Positions 24,752-33,470 of a stretch of 64,000 bases of DNA are shown piece after piece. The notes under the pieces are model-generated. The model was given only the letters and a program-made list of their open reading frames with translations. It was not told the DNA's origin and did not search any database. The first letter of the stretch is position 1; the number at the start of each line of letters is the position of its first letter. Made by a program: the position numbers and the translations under genes. The stretch comes from a virus. The stretch is from the IMG/VR virus record IMGVR_UViG_3300045988_147517, positions 55,186-119,185 of that record; one strand, 5' to 3'.

Positions 24752-25128
24752 TTAAATCAATTTACAATTTGGTTTTGTTTTAAATTAAAATTAATTTTAT
24801 TTTAATTTTAATAAGGTTGCGCCAAAGACGAGCCTATTCTAGTTTTAAAATGCGCTTTCTATTTAACTTATTATTAGATTGCGCTTTAAATTGTAATCGT
24901 TTGATTTTCGCTTTATAGCTGTTTTATTTTTATTCAGGATATATTATACCTCTGTATTTATAAGCGCCATAACACCCATCTAAATAGTTTATAATAATAT
25001 TTCGCCTATCTAAATTATATTAAAATTATTAATTATATTGTTTTGCTCTATGTTTGTTCTTTGTTCATTGTATTATTGCAAACAAGTGTTCTTGCTCTGC
25101 TTTGTTTGTTTGCTTAATGTATGTTATG

Positions 25129-25220
25129 TATATATGTTTAATGTGTTTATCTATGTATAATGTACTAACATGTATGTATGTGTGTGCTACGTGTGTTATA
25201 TATATATGTTTAATGTGTTT
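25129..25220. repeat. 20-nt perfect direct repeat in a TG-rich low-complexity tract
   Basis: TATATATGTTTAATGTGTTT at 25129-25148 and 25201-25220. Confidence 0.7.
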
Positions 25221-25480
25221 GTTCTCTTGTTATGTATTGTTCTTGTGTGTGTTTAATGAACTGTCAATGTCCATGGACGTGTAAAGCATGTGCTTAAGAG
25301 GATAGATAACATGTTAATGGGTTGTTGTGGTGTGTGTAAAATATTTTTTTTTATTATGGAAAGTATTTTTTTATTTTTAGATTGGTTTAGGTTGATATGG
25401 AAATACTTAAAAAGTTGCTTTCTTTTTACCCTTAAGCAATTTTAACCGTGGTTAATATTAAATTTTTAATTTGTTCAAAT

Positions 25481-25510
25481 TTTAAAGTTTTAAAAAACTA
25501 ACTTTGTTAT
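25481..25510. repeat. inverted-repeat element (copy 3 of 3)
   Basis: TTTAAAGTTTTAAAAAACTAACTTTGTTAT. Confidence 0.6.
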
Positions 25511-25984
25511 CCTGAACTAACAAGTACCTACTAACTATATTTAGTGGGTATCTTTTCAAAACAATAGGTGATATTTTAAGTGTAAAGGATTACACTATCA
25601 CCCCTACTTCTCAACTTTGGTTTTGAAAATTTTCAGAAATCGTTACCATGCACTTTCATTCCAGACCCATATACAAATTTCTACAATTTTTTAACAACCT
25701 TCAACAAAAAAAATAAATTTTAAACACATTACATTAAATTTAAAAAATCTCCTCTAGCGCCATATCACTATATTTAGTTTTTGATAAAAGATGATTTTCT
25801 TAAATTTATCCTCTAATTGACAATTTTGATGAAGATTTGTACACAGACACTTAGCGCAAATTCATCTCCTAAAATTATTAGTAAATAGCCGCATTTTATA
25901 ATCTAAAAAAATATTATCATTTTCTTAAATTATTGTATAAGTTTTTATTATTATTGCATTAAAGTTTTAAATAATCTAGGATTA

Positions 25985-26430
25985 TCATCTTCTGTAGATA
26001 TTTGAAGGAATCTTAAAGACGGCTCTCAGTCTAGCCAGAAAAGCATAGGTGTAGTTACCAAGGACTTTATGATTATGGCGCGGTACGTATAGGGGCAATC
26101 AGGTTTCACTTACTGAGTTCTACCAAGGTCATGAGTGGTGCGTTGTTAAAGTTCGGTAAGTCAAAGAGATTAACTGCAAGGCGTTCATTTTAAGACAAAT
26201 TAAAGGGGCTTTTCACCAAAGTGGAAAGTACCTTTAATTTAATAGGCTTAAAATGATAAGCACCAAAGATAAAAAATTGTCCGTTTGGCTTAGCGGGCTT
26301 TGACCTTGTAGCACCATAGAGGAATGTATTTCCAAAGCCCCTATTTTTTACACACAGATGTGTGCTCCACCCCGCATATGTGCTAGCTTTTAAGGGGTGG
26401 CTCTATAATATATATATTATATAGAGAGAG
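25985..26430. ncRNA. candidate structured RNA or structured DNA region (unclassified)
   Basis: No ORF of 60 aa or more in any frame. Visibly higher GC than the flanks. Nested hairpin 26200-26237; 8-bp stem 26295-26302/26333-26340; hairpin 26351-26364; 7-bp stem 26367-26373/26394-26400; palindrome 26401-26426. Confidence 0.3.
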
Positions 26431-26546
26431 CATTAAAAAAGAGATGATTTAAGCGTTCTACGTAGAGATGTGAAAAAAAAAGATTCTAAAATACACTTTC
26501 TTCGAAACCGTATTTTCTCGTTTCATTTTTACACAAATTTGGCAAG

Positions 26547-26627
26547 TTATCCACAGGGATGTTGATAAGTCTAAAGTTATCCACAGAAGTTATCCACAGG
26601 CTGTTGATAACTAGGCACTTATCCACA
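26547..26627 (+). promoter_or_regulatory. DnaA-box cluster (candidate replication origin)
   Basis: Perfect TTATCCACA at 26547, 26577, 26590 and 26619, all in the same orientation. Inverted one-mismatch boxes TGTTGATAA at 26560 and 26602. Confidence 0.75.
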
Positions 26628-26637
26628 GGTAGCGCAA

Positions 26638-26661
26638 TAAAAAAAAAGGCGTTAAGCCTTT
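26638..26661 (-). terminator. rho-independent terminator of the helicase-like gene
   Basis: Stem AAAGGC/GCCTTT (26645-26650 / 26656-26661) plus a 9-nt T-run on the minus strand. Confidence 0.65.
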
Positions 26662-28001
26662 TTTCGAGATTTATTAAAGTAGCGGGATTTTTGGTAGGGC
26701 ACGTAGGCGATTTCTTCATCGTTGAGCCATTGAGTGAAAAGCGTTCGCATACGCAGGGATGGAATGTAGAGGTAAATTTCTTCATTATTTCTTATGGCGC
26801 TTCTCCATACCCATTGAACCATATCAGCCAGCGCGAATTTATCTTGGTCGACGGCAATATTTCTAATTGAAAAAAGTTGTTTAATAAAAGGGTTCATGTA
26901 GCGGTTTACCATGTAGGCGCAATGTGTGCGGTTTCCATATTCGTTTGTCGCTTTAGCATTGAGTGGAACAAAAGCCCTTCTACTAATGCGCGCTGGCTTC
27001 ACTTGCTTATTAAAAGATTTAAAGGTGGTATACATTCGTTGTTTTGGTGGCGCGCTTCTCAGAAAATTAAAGATACATCGGCTTACATCCTCAAGTTCCT
27101 CTGGATGTGAGGCATACCAATTATTACTAAGCGTACTGGAGAACTCCTGATTATTATTTGCTACATAAGGTCGACCAATTTCATTAAGGCTATCACTCTG
27201 GCAAATGTGGATAAGCGGTTTTACATTTTTCTTCCATTCTCTCTCATAGTCTTGGTTAATGGTTGGAACAAAACAATATTGTCCATTTTGGCGCTCTGTG
27301 TGATAATATTCATATGTTATATCATAGAAGCGATAATAGTATGCCTGCATTTGATGTTCAAACATGTAGGTAAGGATAAAAACGTCATTAAAAATATCCT
27401 CTTCGAAAACCTGTACGGGGAACGACCAAAATAAGGCACTATCATTAATATAGTAGAGCAGTCCATTATCGGCCAAATGTTTCATGTGTTGGTAGCGTGA
27501 TAAATCAGCCCATTCTTCTTTTGACCAATTCACTTGAAAATCTGGGTCGATAGATACATATCCTTTGCGAATAAAAGATGCCATATCCTTTATTGTATGA
27601 AGTTGCCTTTCTCTTTCGGTGAAGTTGGATTCGGAATACTTACATAAGTCATATTCATTAATAACGTTTATGACCTCGTCTAGAAATAAGATATAATTCC
27701 CACCTCTTAAGATATCGAGCAACTCTTTGTCTACATAAGAAAAGAGCGCATGTGTACAGACGATATTTTCTCCTTTTGCAAGTAGCGCTTTTAGGTGCCT
27801 TCCCTTGGTTCCAAATTCTTCCTCAGATGGTTGAACAAAATTCTTTGATTCACATTCTTTTATAACCCTATCACATTCGGTTAGGAATGGTGTTACAAAC
27901 ATAATATTGGTATCATTCCCTAACATATTAATATGATGAATGGCGGCACTTGTTTTGCCGCTACCCATCGGAGAGTCAACAACTTTAATTCTTCTTTTCA
28001 T
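26652..28001 (-). CDS. P-loop NTPase, SF2-helicase-like (candidate replication initiator or helicase)
   Basis: Walker A SPMGSGKTS, Walker B LFLDEV, motif-VI-like VWRSAIRN. Confidence 0.6.
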   Translation of the reverse strand: MKRRIKVVDSPMGSGKTSAAIHHINMLGNDTNIMFVTPFLTECDRVIKECESKNFVQPSEEEFGTKGRHLKALLAKGENIVCTHALFSYVDKELLDILRGGNYILFLDEVINVINEYDLCKYSESNFTERERQLHTIKDMASFIRKGYVSIDPDFQVNWSKEEWADLSRYQHMKHLADNGLLYYINDSALFWSFPVQVFEEDIFNDVFILTYMFEHQMQAYYYRFYDITYEYYHTERQNGQYCFVPTINQDYEREWKKNVKPLIHICQSDSLNEIGRPYVANNNQEFSSTLSNNWYASHPEELEDVSRCIFNFLRSAPPKQRMYTTFKSFNKQVKPARISRRAFVPLNAKATNEYGNRTHCAYMVNRYMNPFIKQLFSIRNIAVDQDKFALADMVQWVWRSAIRNNEEIYLYIPSLRMRTLFTQWLNDEEIAYVPYQKSRYFNKSRKKA

Positions 28002-28035
28002 ATAATTCTCCTTATCTTATATAAAGTCCAATTAC

Positions 28036-28064
28036 ATCTTATCATACCACTGACGCTTTGTCAA
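28036..28064 (-). promoter_or_regulatory. weaker sigma-A type promoter for the helicase-like gene
   Basis: -35 TTGACA is rc of 28059-28064; 17-nt spacer; -10 TAAGAT. Confidence 0.45.
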
Positions 28065-28086
28065 GTTTAATTTCTTGCAATGGGGC

Positions 28087-28115
28087 TTGACATTTAATTA
28101 AATCTGTGCTATAAT
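28087..28115 (+). promoter_or_regulatory. sigma-A type promoter opening the rightward arm (divergent from 28036-28064)
   Basis: TTGACA at 28087-28092; 17-nt spacer; TGcTATAAT ending at 28115. Confidence 0.75.
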
Positions 28116-28148
28116 AGAGCCAGAGCAAAATAATACAGGAGGATGTTA

Positions 28149-28322
28149 ATGAAATGTGATAATTGTTATTGGAATATATATTGCTCGCAGGCAGAAATGG
28201 ATTTAAATATTAATGGTAATTACTGTTATCATTTTGATGATATAGATAGCGGCGGTGAATATGTTCCGACTAGGGATGATTTTTATGACGAGTTTTACAA
28301 ATACGTAGAGGAATATAACTAA
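28149..28322 (+). CDS. small Cys-containing acidic protein (57 aa)
   Basis: AGGAGG at 28137-28142, ATG at 28149; hand-translated MKCDNCYWNIYCSQ...; below the track cutoff. Confidence 0.5.
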   Translation: MKCDNCYWNIYCSQAEMDLNINGNYCYHFDDIDSGGEYVPTRDDFYDEFYKYVEEYN

Positions 28323-28490
28323 ATGGATAATGAATCTTATAACTTAGACGAATTGTTAGAAGAAATTGCAGATGATGCAAACAAGCTATTTGATGAATGT
28401 TGTGATGAATGGGACAAGGCGTCAATGCGTAGAAAGATTATTGACATTATATGGAAAGTGTATGATGGCGAATTTAAGGAGCTAGACTAG
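28323..28490 (+). CDS. small acidic protein (55 aa)
   Basis: ATG abuts the previous stop (TAAATG); hand-translated MDNESYNLDELLEEIADD... Confidence 0.45.
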   Translation: MDNESYNLDELLEEIADDANKLFDECCDEWDKASMRRKIIDIIWKVYDGEFKELD

Positions 28491-28506
28491 AAATGAGAGG
28501 TTAAAA

Positions 28507-28743
28507 ATGTTTTTTGGTATTGGAAGTTTACCCTTTTGGCTATGCGGCCTACCTATTTTAGTTGGATTGTTTTTTATAGCATGTGCTAACCCAGAAAAAT
28601 ATATTTATCCACATGTTATAAAACACGAAGAGAGAAAGCGCAATTCATCGCCTTCACCTTATAATTCGGGAGAGGGAATTATGATTGTATGTGTTTTAGC
28701 TTGTGCTTTTATTTTAATCTATATATTGAAGTTATGGTGGTAG
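28507..28743 (+). CDS. small membrane protein
   Basis: 78-aa ORF with two hydrophobic segments; GAGAGG RBS. Confidence 0.55.
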   Translation: MFFGIGSLPFWLCGLPILVGLFFIACANPEKYIYPHVIKHEERKRNSSPSPYNSGEGIMIVCVLACAFILIYILKLWW

Positions 28744-28744
28744 A

Positions 28745-30691
28745 ATGAAGAATCGACAATTTTATATAGTAAAACTAAATAGTTCTGATTTAAAGTATTT
28801 CAAATATACTTTAGAGGGGGATTTTGATATTTTTAAAAAGCGCGACCAGATAGCCGCGGTGGCAGATAGTCAGACATTAAGGTTGATTAGAGAACTTACA
28901 AATAAAGATGTAGACTTGGAAGAGATTGAGAAGTTATACAAAAAAAGAGATTGGCTCAAAAAACAGGAGAGCACACAGGCCGCTTCAAATGAAATTGCTT
29001 TTTTGCAACGTAAGATTAATAACGCTATGTTTATTCCAGAATATGTCACAGTCACCATGAGTGGAAATAAACAATATGAGTATTTGTTCGAAAAAGGATT
29101 TGAGCTTATTATAGATGGTAGGCGCATTCATTATAAGCGATTGTCATGTTCGGCAGGGCAGGCTCGTGTTTCTACTGTTGTATTCTGTGATAGTAATATT
29201 ATTGATGAATTGGAGCGTCGATTAAACAACGGACGTGATATGAACTTTAAGATAGCGCCATCTAAATTCAATGCATACTTTGGATTATATACTTCCGCAA
29301 CTAAAGTAGTTAGCGAGCCTAACTTTTGTGTTGTGCCAGACTATGAAAATAATTTGGATGTAGAGGTAAATTATGTAACTGAAACGGATTATGATTCGGA
29401 CGATTTAATTGATACGCGAACCGTCAACTTAGGGTTTAACCGAACTGATGGGATGGGGCTAATAAATTATGAACGCGCCTCTAAATGGGCAGAAGAGTTA
29501 GGGCTAGATTATGTTCCGGCCCAATTTTGCATACGACAATCATTTATTAAGGGAATGTTGTGCACCTTTCCCATTCAAGAGTTTTGTGAGCTTGTTAATT
29601 ATGGTAATTATATCACAAAAGATATTTATGGCGCTGAAATAGATTTGAGGGACTATGATGTTATTTTAACGGAGAGCCAATTTAAATTGTGGGGTGCTTA
29701 TCCAAATCTTGATTATTACAAAGAATGTTGCCATAAAAATAATCTTAAATGGGGTGTAGCTATTTATACCCCTAAGCATGATAAAGATATTATCAAGATG
29801 AACTATCAATTTCTACAAACATTAGATTTATCAGACGAAGATATTGAAAATTTATGCTCAATGTTTGTTAATTGGATTCAGGGTGTAACTTGTGACAACT
29901 TAGGATACACGCTCCTCTATTTAATTGGAGAGGGTAAAACTGAAGAAGAAGTTCGGGCCTACATGCGTAGCCCGGATAACTATTGGATTAAATCTTTAAT
30001 TATGGAGCCGGAGTTAATTAAAGATAGGTATATCAAACAGAAGATATATCGCCTAATTAAAAAGCGCATTCAAGACGGTTGCCTAGGAGAGATTATTTTA
30101 AATGGCAACTTTCAGGTACTCGTAAGCGACCCATTTGGATTTATGCAACATGTATGCGGGTTAGAGCCAACTGGGTTACTTGGCGCTGATGAGTATTACT
30201 CTAACTATTGGAATGAGCGGGATGTAAAAGTGGTGGATGGTATGCGTTCCCCCTTGACATATCGCTCCGAACATGTTAAAATGAAGTTAGTGAGAAACAG
30301 CCGTATAGATTATTGGTATCGTTATATGTATACGGGCGTTGTTCTTAATTACCATGGACACGATGTAATGTGTTTTGGTGGCGCGGATTTTGATTATGAT
30401 ATTTTAGCCACTACTGATTGTCCAGAGGTGGTTAATGGTATATATCCAAATGAGTTACCTGTCTATTATGAGCCACCCAAACCAGCGAAGATAGTGCCTA
30501 CAAAAGAGGATTTGTTTAAATCAGACACATTCAGTTTTGGTTCTATCATTGGTAGCATTACAAATAAAGGTTCTAGCGGATATGCATTACTTTCCGACAT
30601 TGAATATATGTATGGGAAGAATAGTATAGAGTATGTTACTACGCTAAATAGATTAAAAATGTCTTGCAAGTTACAGAGCGCGCAAATTGAT
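28745..30691 (+). CDS. YonO/RdRP-like single-subunit RNA polymerase, exon 1
   Basis: VVDGMRSPLTYRSEH ... FGGADFDYDIL resembles the RnPxxHpgD ... GGDxDGD catalytic-barrel signature of QDE-1/RDR/YonO-type polymerases. The exon ends ...SAQID at a U, followed by an in-frame TAA at the start of the intron. Confidence 0.65.
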
Positions 30692-30965
30692 TAATGTTGG
30701 TCACTTCATAGGGAAACCTATGTCGAAACGTGGTGAACACTCAGAGAGTGGGTATACATATATTGTATGCTATCGGGGAAAGCTAAAGCCATAAGGTATG
30801 CCAATCCCGAGCCGAACACCTATTGGAGGTGGAGGTGTAACGACTATCCGCAAGGAGTAGCGCCATAGCGATATGGTGGCGAAGTGCCACGCCCCTAACG
30901 TAAAGCCGAGGGTGAAGATATAGTCTAGTCCCCTAACAAATATCGGGAAACCGAGGGTATGAACG
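30692..30965 (+). mobile_element. group I intron (274 nt, no ORF)
   Basis: Contains the canonical core GAAGATATAGTC and AACGACTATCCG; ends in G. Splicing joins ...SAQID to KAKIGREVKG... in frame. Confidence 0.75.
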
Positions 30966-31799
30966 AAAGCGAAAATAGGAAGAGAAGTAAAAGGAATTCC
31001 TAAAATATGGGTCAAACGCCAGAAAATAGAAGATGACGACGATGAACAAACGATTAAATATAAGGAGCGGATGAATTATTTATGTCTAGACAGGCATCCT
31101 TATTTTTTTATATATCGTTATGCTGATACCAGAAAGAAATATCGCAAGCACATTGACACTTATCAACATTGGTGCAAGACTTCATTTAGATTGTCTCTAG
31201 AGGAATTATTTAAGGTAGAAAATAAGACACAGCAACAAAAGGATTTTTTAGCTGGATATTTCCGTTATATGCCTGTTATTGATAGCAATAGTACGATGAA
31301 TCGTATTTGCCATTATATTGAAGGGTTGAATATGAATGTACGTAGCCACCTTAAAGTAAAAGAAGGGCACGACATGCATAAATTATTTATGCCTGATAAT
31401 ATTGAATGGAATGAAGAGCGCTACAATAATGTGGTAGAAGCCTATAAGCGTTATTGCAAGGAGTGCACAAAAATGAATTCTCTTGGCGCTTCTAATTTTG
31501 ATTTTGAGACAACGAAGGATTATGATTTTTACGCTTCTATGTTTATAGGAATGTTGTATTCCTATGTCAATGAGGTATGCAGTAATGTGTACGAAGCCAT
31601 TACATATTTGGCGCATTATATGTATGTGGAAAAAGATAGCGCCAATAAGGAAATGCTATGGCAAACATATGGGTATGAAATATATAGTATGATTAAGGAA
31701 AGAAATAGCGGTTACATTATGTTTCCACTAGAAGATGAAGATGGTGATATAGAGTATTTAAATAAAAGGTATTCTATGCAGGAGGTTTGTATTGATTGA
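30966..31799 (+). CDS. YonO/RdRP-like RNA polymerase, exon 2
   Basis: The frame is open from 30963. The junction restores QID-KAKIG, similar to the (A/S)xDxxKxG motif downstream of DxDGD in RdRP-type enzymes. Confidence 0.6.
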   Translation, partial: KAKIGREVKGIPKIWVKRQKIEDDDDEQTIKYKERMNYLCLDRHPYFFIYRYADTRKKYRKHIDTYQHWCKTSFRLSLEELFKVENKTQQQKDFLAGYFRYMPVIDSNSTMNRICHYIEGLNMNVRSHLKVKEGHDMHKLFMPDNIEWNEERYNNVVEAYKRYCKECTKMNSLGASNFDFETTKDYDFYASMFIGMLYSYVNEVCSNVYEAITYLAHYMYVEKDSANKEMLWQTYGYEIYSMIKERNSGYIMFPLEDEDGDIEYLNKRYSMQEVCID

Positions 31800-32610
31800 T
31801 AAATTTACATATAAAGAGACAGATTATGTGAACGCTTTATTACAAAATGGTTTTATGACACAATATGAGAACTATGAGATGTCTTTGTTGTGTAAATTTT
31901 GGAAAGAGACTGGCGTGACAAAAAAAGAGGCGCGCCAGAATCTTATTTATTTTTGTGAATTATATTCAGATAGTTATGATGAAATGCTATATCATGCACG
32001 CTTAGATAGAATTGTCAATGGAGTATATCGAAAAGAGAATAAGCTAATTCAAATAGATTATGTTCCTATATATAAACATGAATTTGAATACATTCAAAGT
32101 TGTGACCTTCCTCATCCTTATCAAAGATTGCTCTTTGCTTTCTTGGTATTAAAGAAAATCCATTCTGAAATATGGGTTATAAATGGCGGGGAGCGTAAGC
32201 TAAGTGGCCTGATTAATGGTGATAAAAAACAATTTAAAATAGTTAGCGAGATGGCGCATTTAAAAGGTGGAAAAAAGGAAGATATCTTTTATATGATATA
32301 CGATTTGGCTCAACAGGGAATGGTTACATCATTGGCGCTTGCTCAGGTTTATTTGAATTTTATAGACGAATTAAAAGAAAACGAATCAGAGGAGATTGTT
32401 CGCGTGTCAGATTTTGAGCATGTTTGGATGTATTATGATTATTTGAGTGGGTATAATCGGGCTGGAAGGGTCGTAATTTGTCAAGAATGTAATAGCCCCT
32501 ATCACGCAAAGAGTAACCGACAAAAGTATTGTAATGAATGTGCCGTTGAAAAACAGAGAGAAAGAGATTTGGAATACAGAAGAAGGGTTAGAAGTTCTAG
32601 TGAATACTAG
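31792..32610 (+). CDS. hypothetical protein with C-terminal zinc ribbon
   Basis: 272-aa ORF (TTG start after GGAGG); CQECNSPYHAKSNRQKYCNECA. Confidence 0.6.
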   Translation: MIDKFTYKETDYVNALLQNGFMTQYENYEMSLLCKFWKETGVTKKEARQNLIYFCELYSDSYDEMLYHARLDRIVNGVYRKENKLIQIDYVPIYKHEFEYIQSCDLPHPYQRLLFAFLVLKKIHSEIWVINGGERKLSGLINGDKKQFKIVSEMAHLKGGKKEDIFYMIYDLAQQGMVTSLALAQVYLNFIDELKENESEEIVRVSDFEHVWMYYDYLSGYNRAGRVVICQECNSPYHAKSNRQKYCNECAVEKQRERDLEYRRRVRSSSEY

Positions 32611-32749
32611 TGTTGTCGATGTTTAGAGATTTTCAAAAACCCTAGTAAAAACTAGCATTTTCTAATGGTAGTAAAAAAAAGGAGATAATAGTAGAGAATA
32701 CTAAAGTTTTTTCTTCTTAATATTTTTTCTTAAATATTTCTTAATACTG

Positions 32750-32778
32750 TTGACATCAGTGTTAAGACATGCTATAAT
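32750..32778 (+). promoter_or_regulatory. sigma-A type promoter upstream of the tRNA pair
   Basis: TTGACA at 32750-32755; 17-nt spacer; TGcTATAAT ending at 32778. Confidence 0.75.
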
Positions 32779-32946
32779 ATATGTATAGTGAATGAGAGAT
32801 AACGATACACCGCTACGGTGGTGATTGTATAGAGCTTGGTGTTAAGCTCATGACAGCAACTTAATTTTAAAACAGTCAAAACTTTGGTATGTGAGTTTAT
32901 TAAATAGAATGCCTGCATTTCGTTTAAATTTTAGAGCATACCATAT

Positions 32947-33022
32947 TGGGGTATAGCCAAGTCGGTAAGGCACCAGACTTTGACTCTGGGATGCGTAGGT
33001 TCGAGTCCTTCTGCCCCAGCCA
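32947..33022 (+). tRNA. tRNA-Gln (anticodon UUG), CCA encoded
   Basis: Acceptor TGGGGTA/TGCCCCA, anticodon arm CCAGA-CTTTGAC-TCTGG, T loop TTCGAGT, 3' GCCA. Confidence 0.8.
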
Positions 33023-33196
33023 ATAATTTGATAATATTTATATGCCCAGACAGCAAAATTAAAGTTTTTATTAAGCCAAAAAAAACATAAATTGGGCGTA
33101 GTTTTAATTTTTAACCTCATTTCTTTGTGCGCTTACAGCAAACATTTTTGGATATTACTTTTAATAATACACCCAAAAAGCGCCCAGTCTTATTTT

Positions 33197-33270
33197 GCCA
33201 CTATAGCATAACGGTAGTGCGAATGATTTGTAATCATTTTATCGGGGTTCGACTCCTCGTAGTGGCTCCA
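33197..33270 (+). tRNA. tRNA-Thr (anticodon UGU), CCA encoded
   Basis: Acceptor GCCACTA/TAGTGGC, anticodon arm AATGA-TTTGTAA-TCATT, T loop TTCGACT, 3' TCCA. Confidence 0.8.
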
Positions 33271-33470
33271 TTTTATAATCAAACCAACCGTTGTTAGGAC
33301 GGGGATAGCTCGTTGACACTTAACCATAAGGTTATTGAGCGAGAAGTACGTTAGTATGCCTAAATATAAAAAAGTTTTTGGCATGTCTCCGATTGGGCGC
33401 GAACAGCAAAGTATTGATTTTTTAGAGAAAAAATTAAAGCGCTCAGAGAATTATTGAAAGAGGTACACAC

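Noticed and set aside
25054-25284. 76-aa Cys/Met-rich plus-strand ORF
   Set aside because: It translates a TG-rich low-complexity repeat tract and has no RBS.
26486-26870. Two overlapping ORFs (26486..26785 minus, 26559..26870 plus) across the DnaA-box cluster
   Set aside because: They overlap the 3' end and terminator of the helicase-like gene and the DnaA boxes. They have no RBS and are artefacts of the repeated box sequence.
30770-31015. 81-aa minus-strand ORF inside the polymerase intron; considered as a possible intron-encoded endonuclease
   Set aside because: It is antisense to the intron and low complexity (Gly/Pro/Leu-rich). It has no HNH, GIY-YIG or LAGLIDADG motif and overlaps the conserved intron core.
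33290-33400. Possible third tRNA (GGGGATAGCTCG...)
   Set aside because: No T-loop (GTTCRANYC) or acceptor pairing could be found on either strand. At best it is a tRNA fragment.
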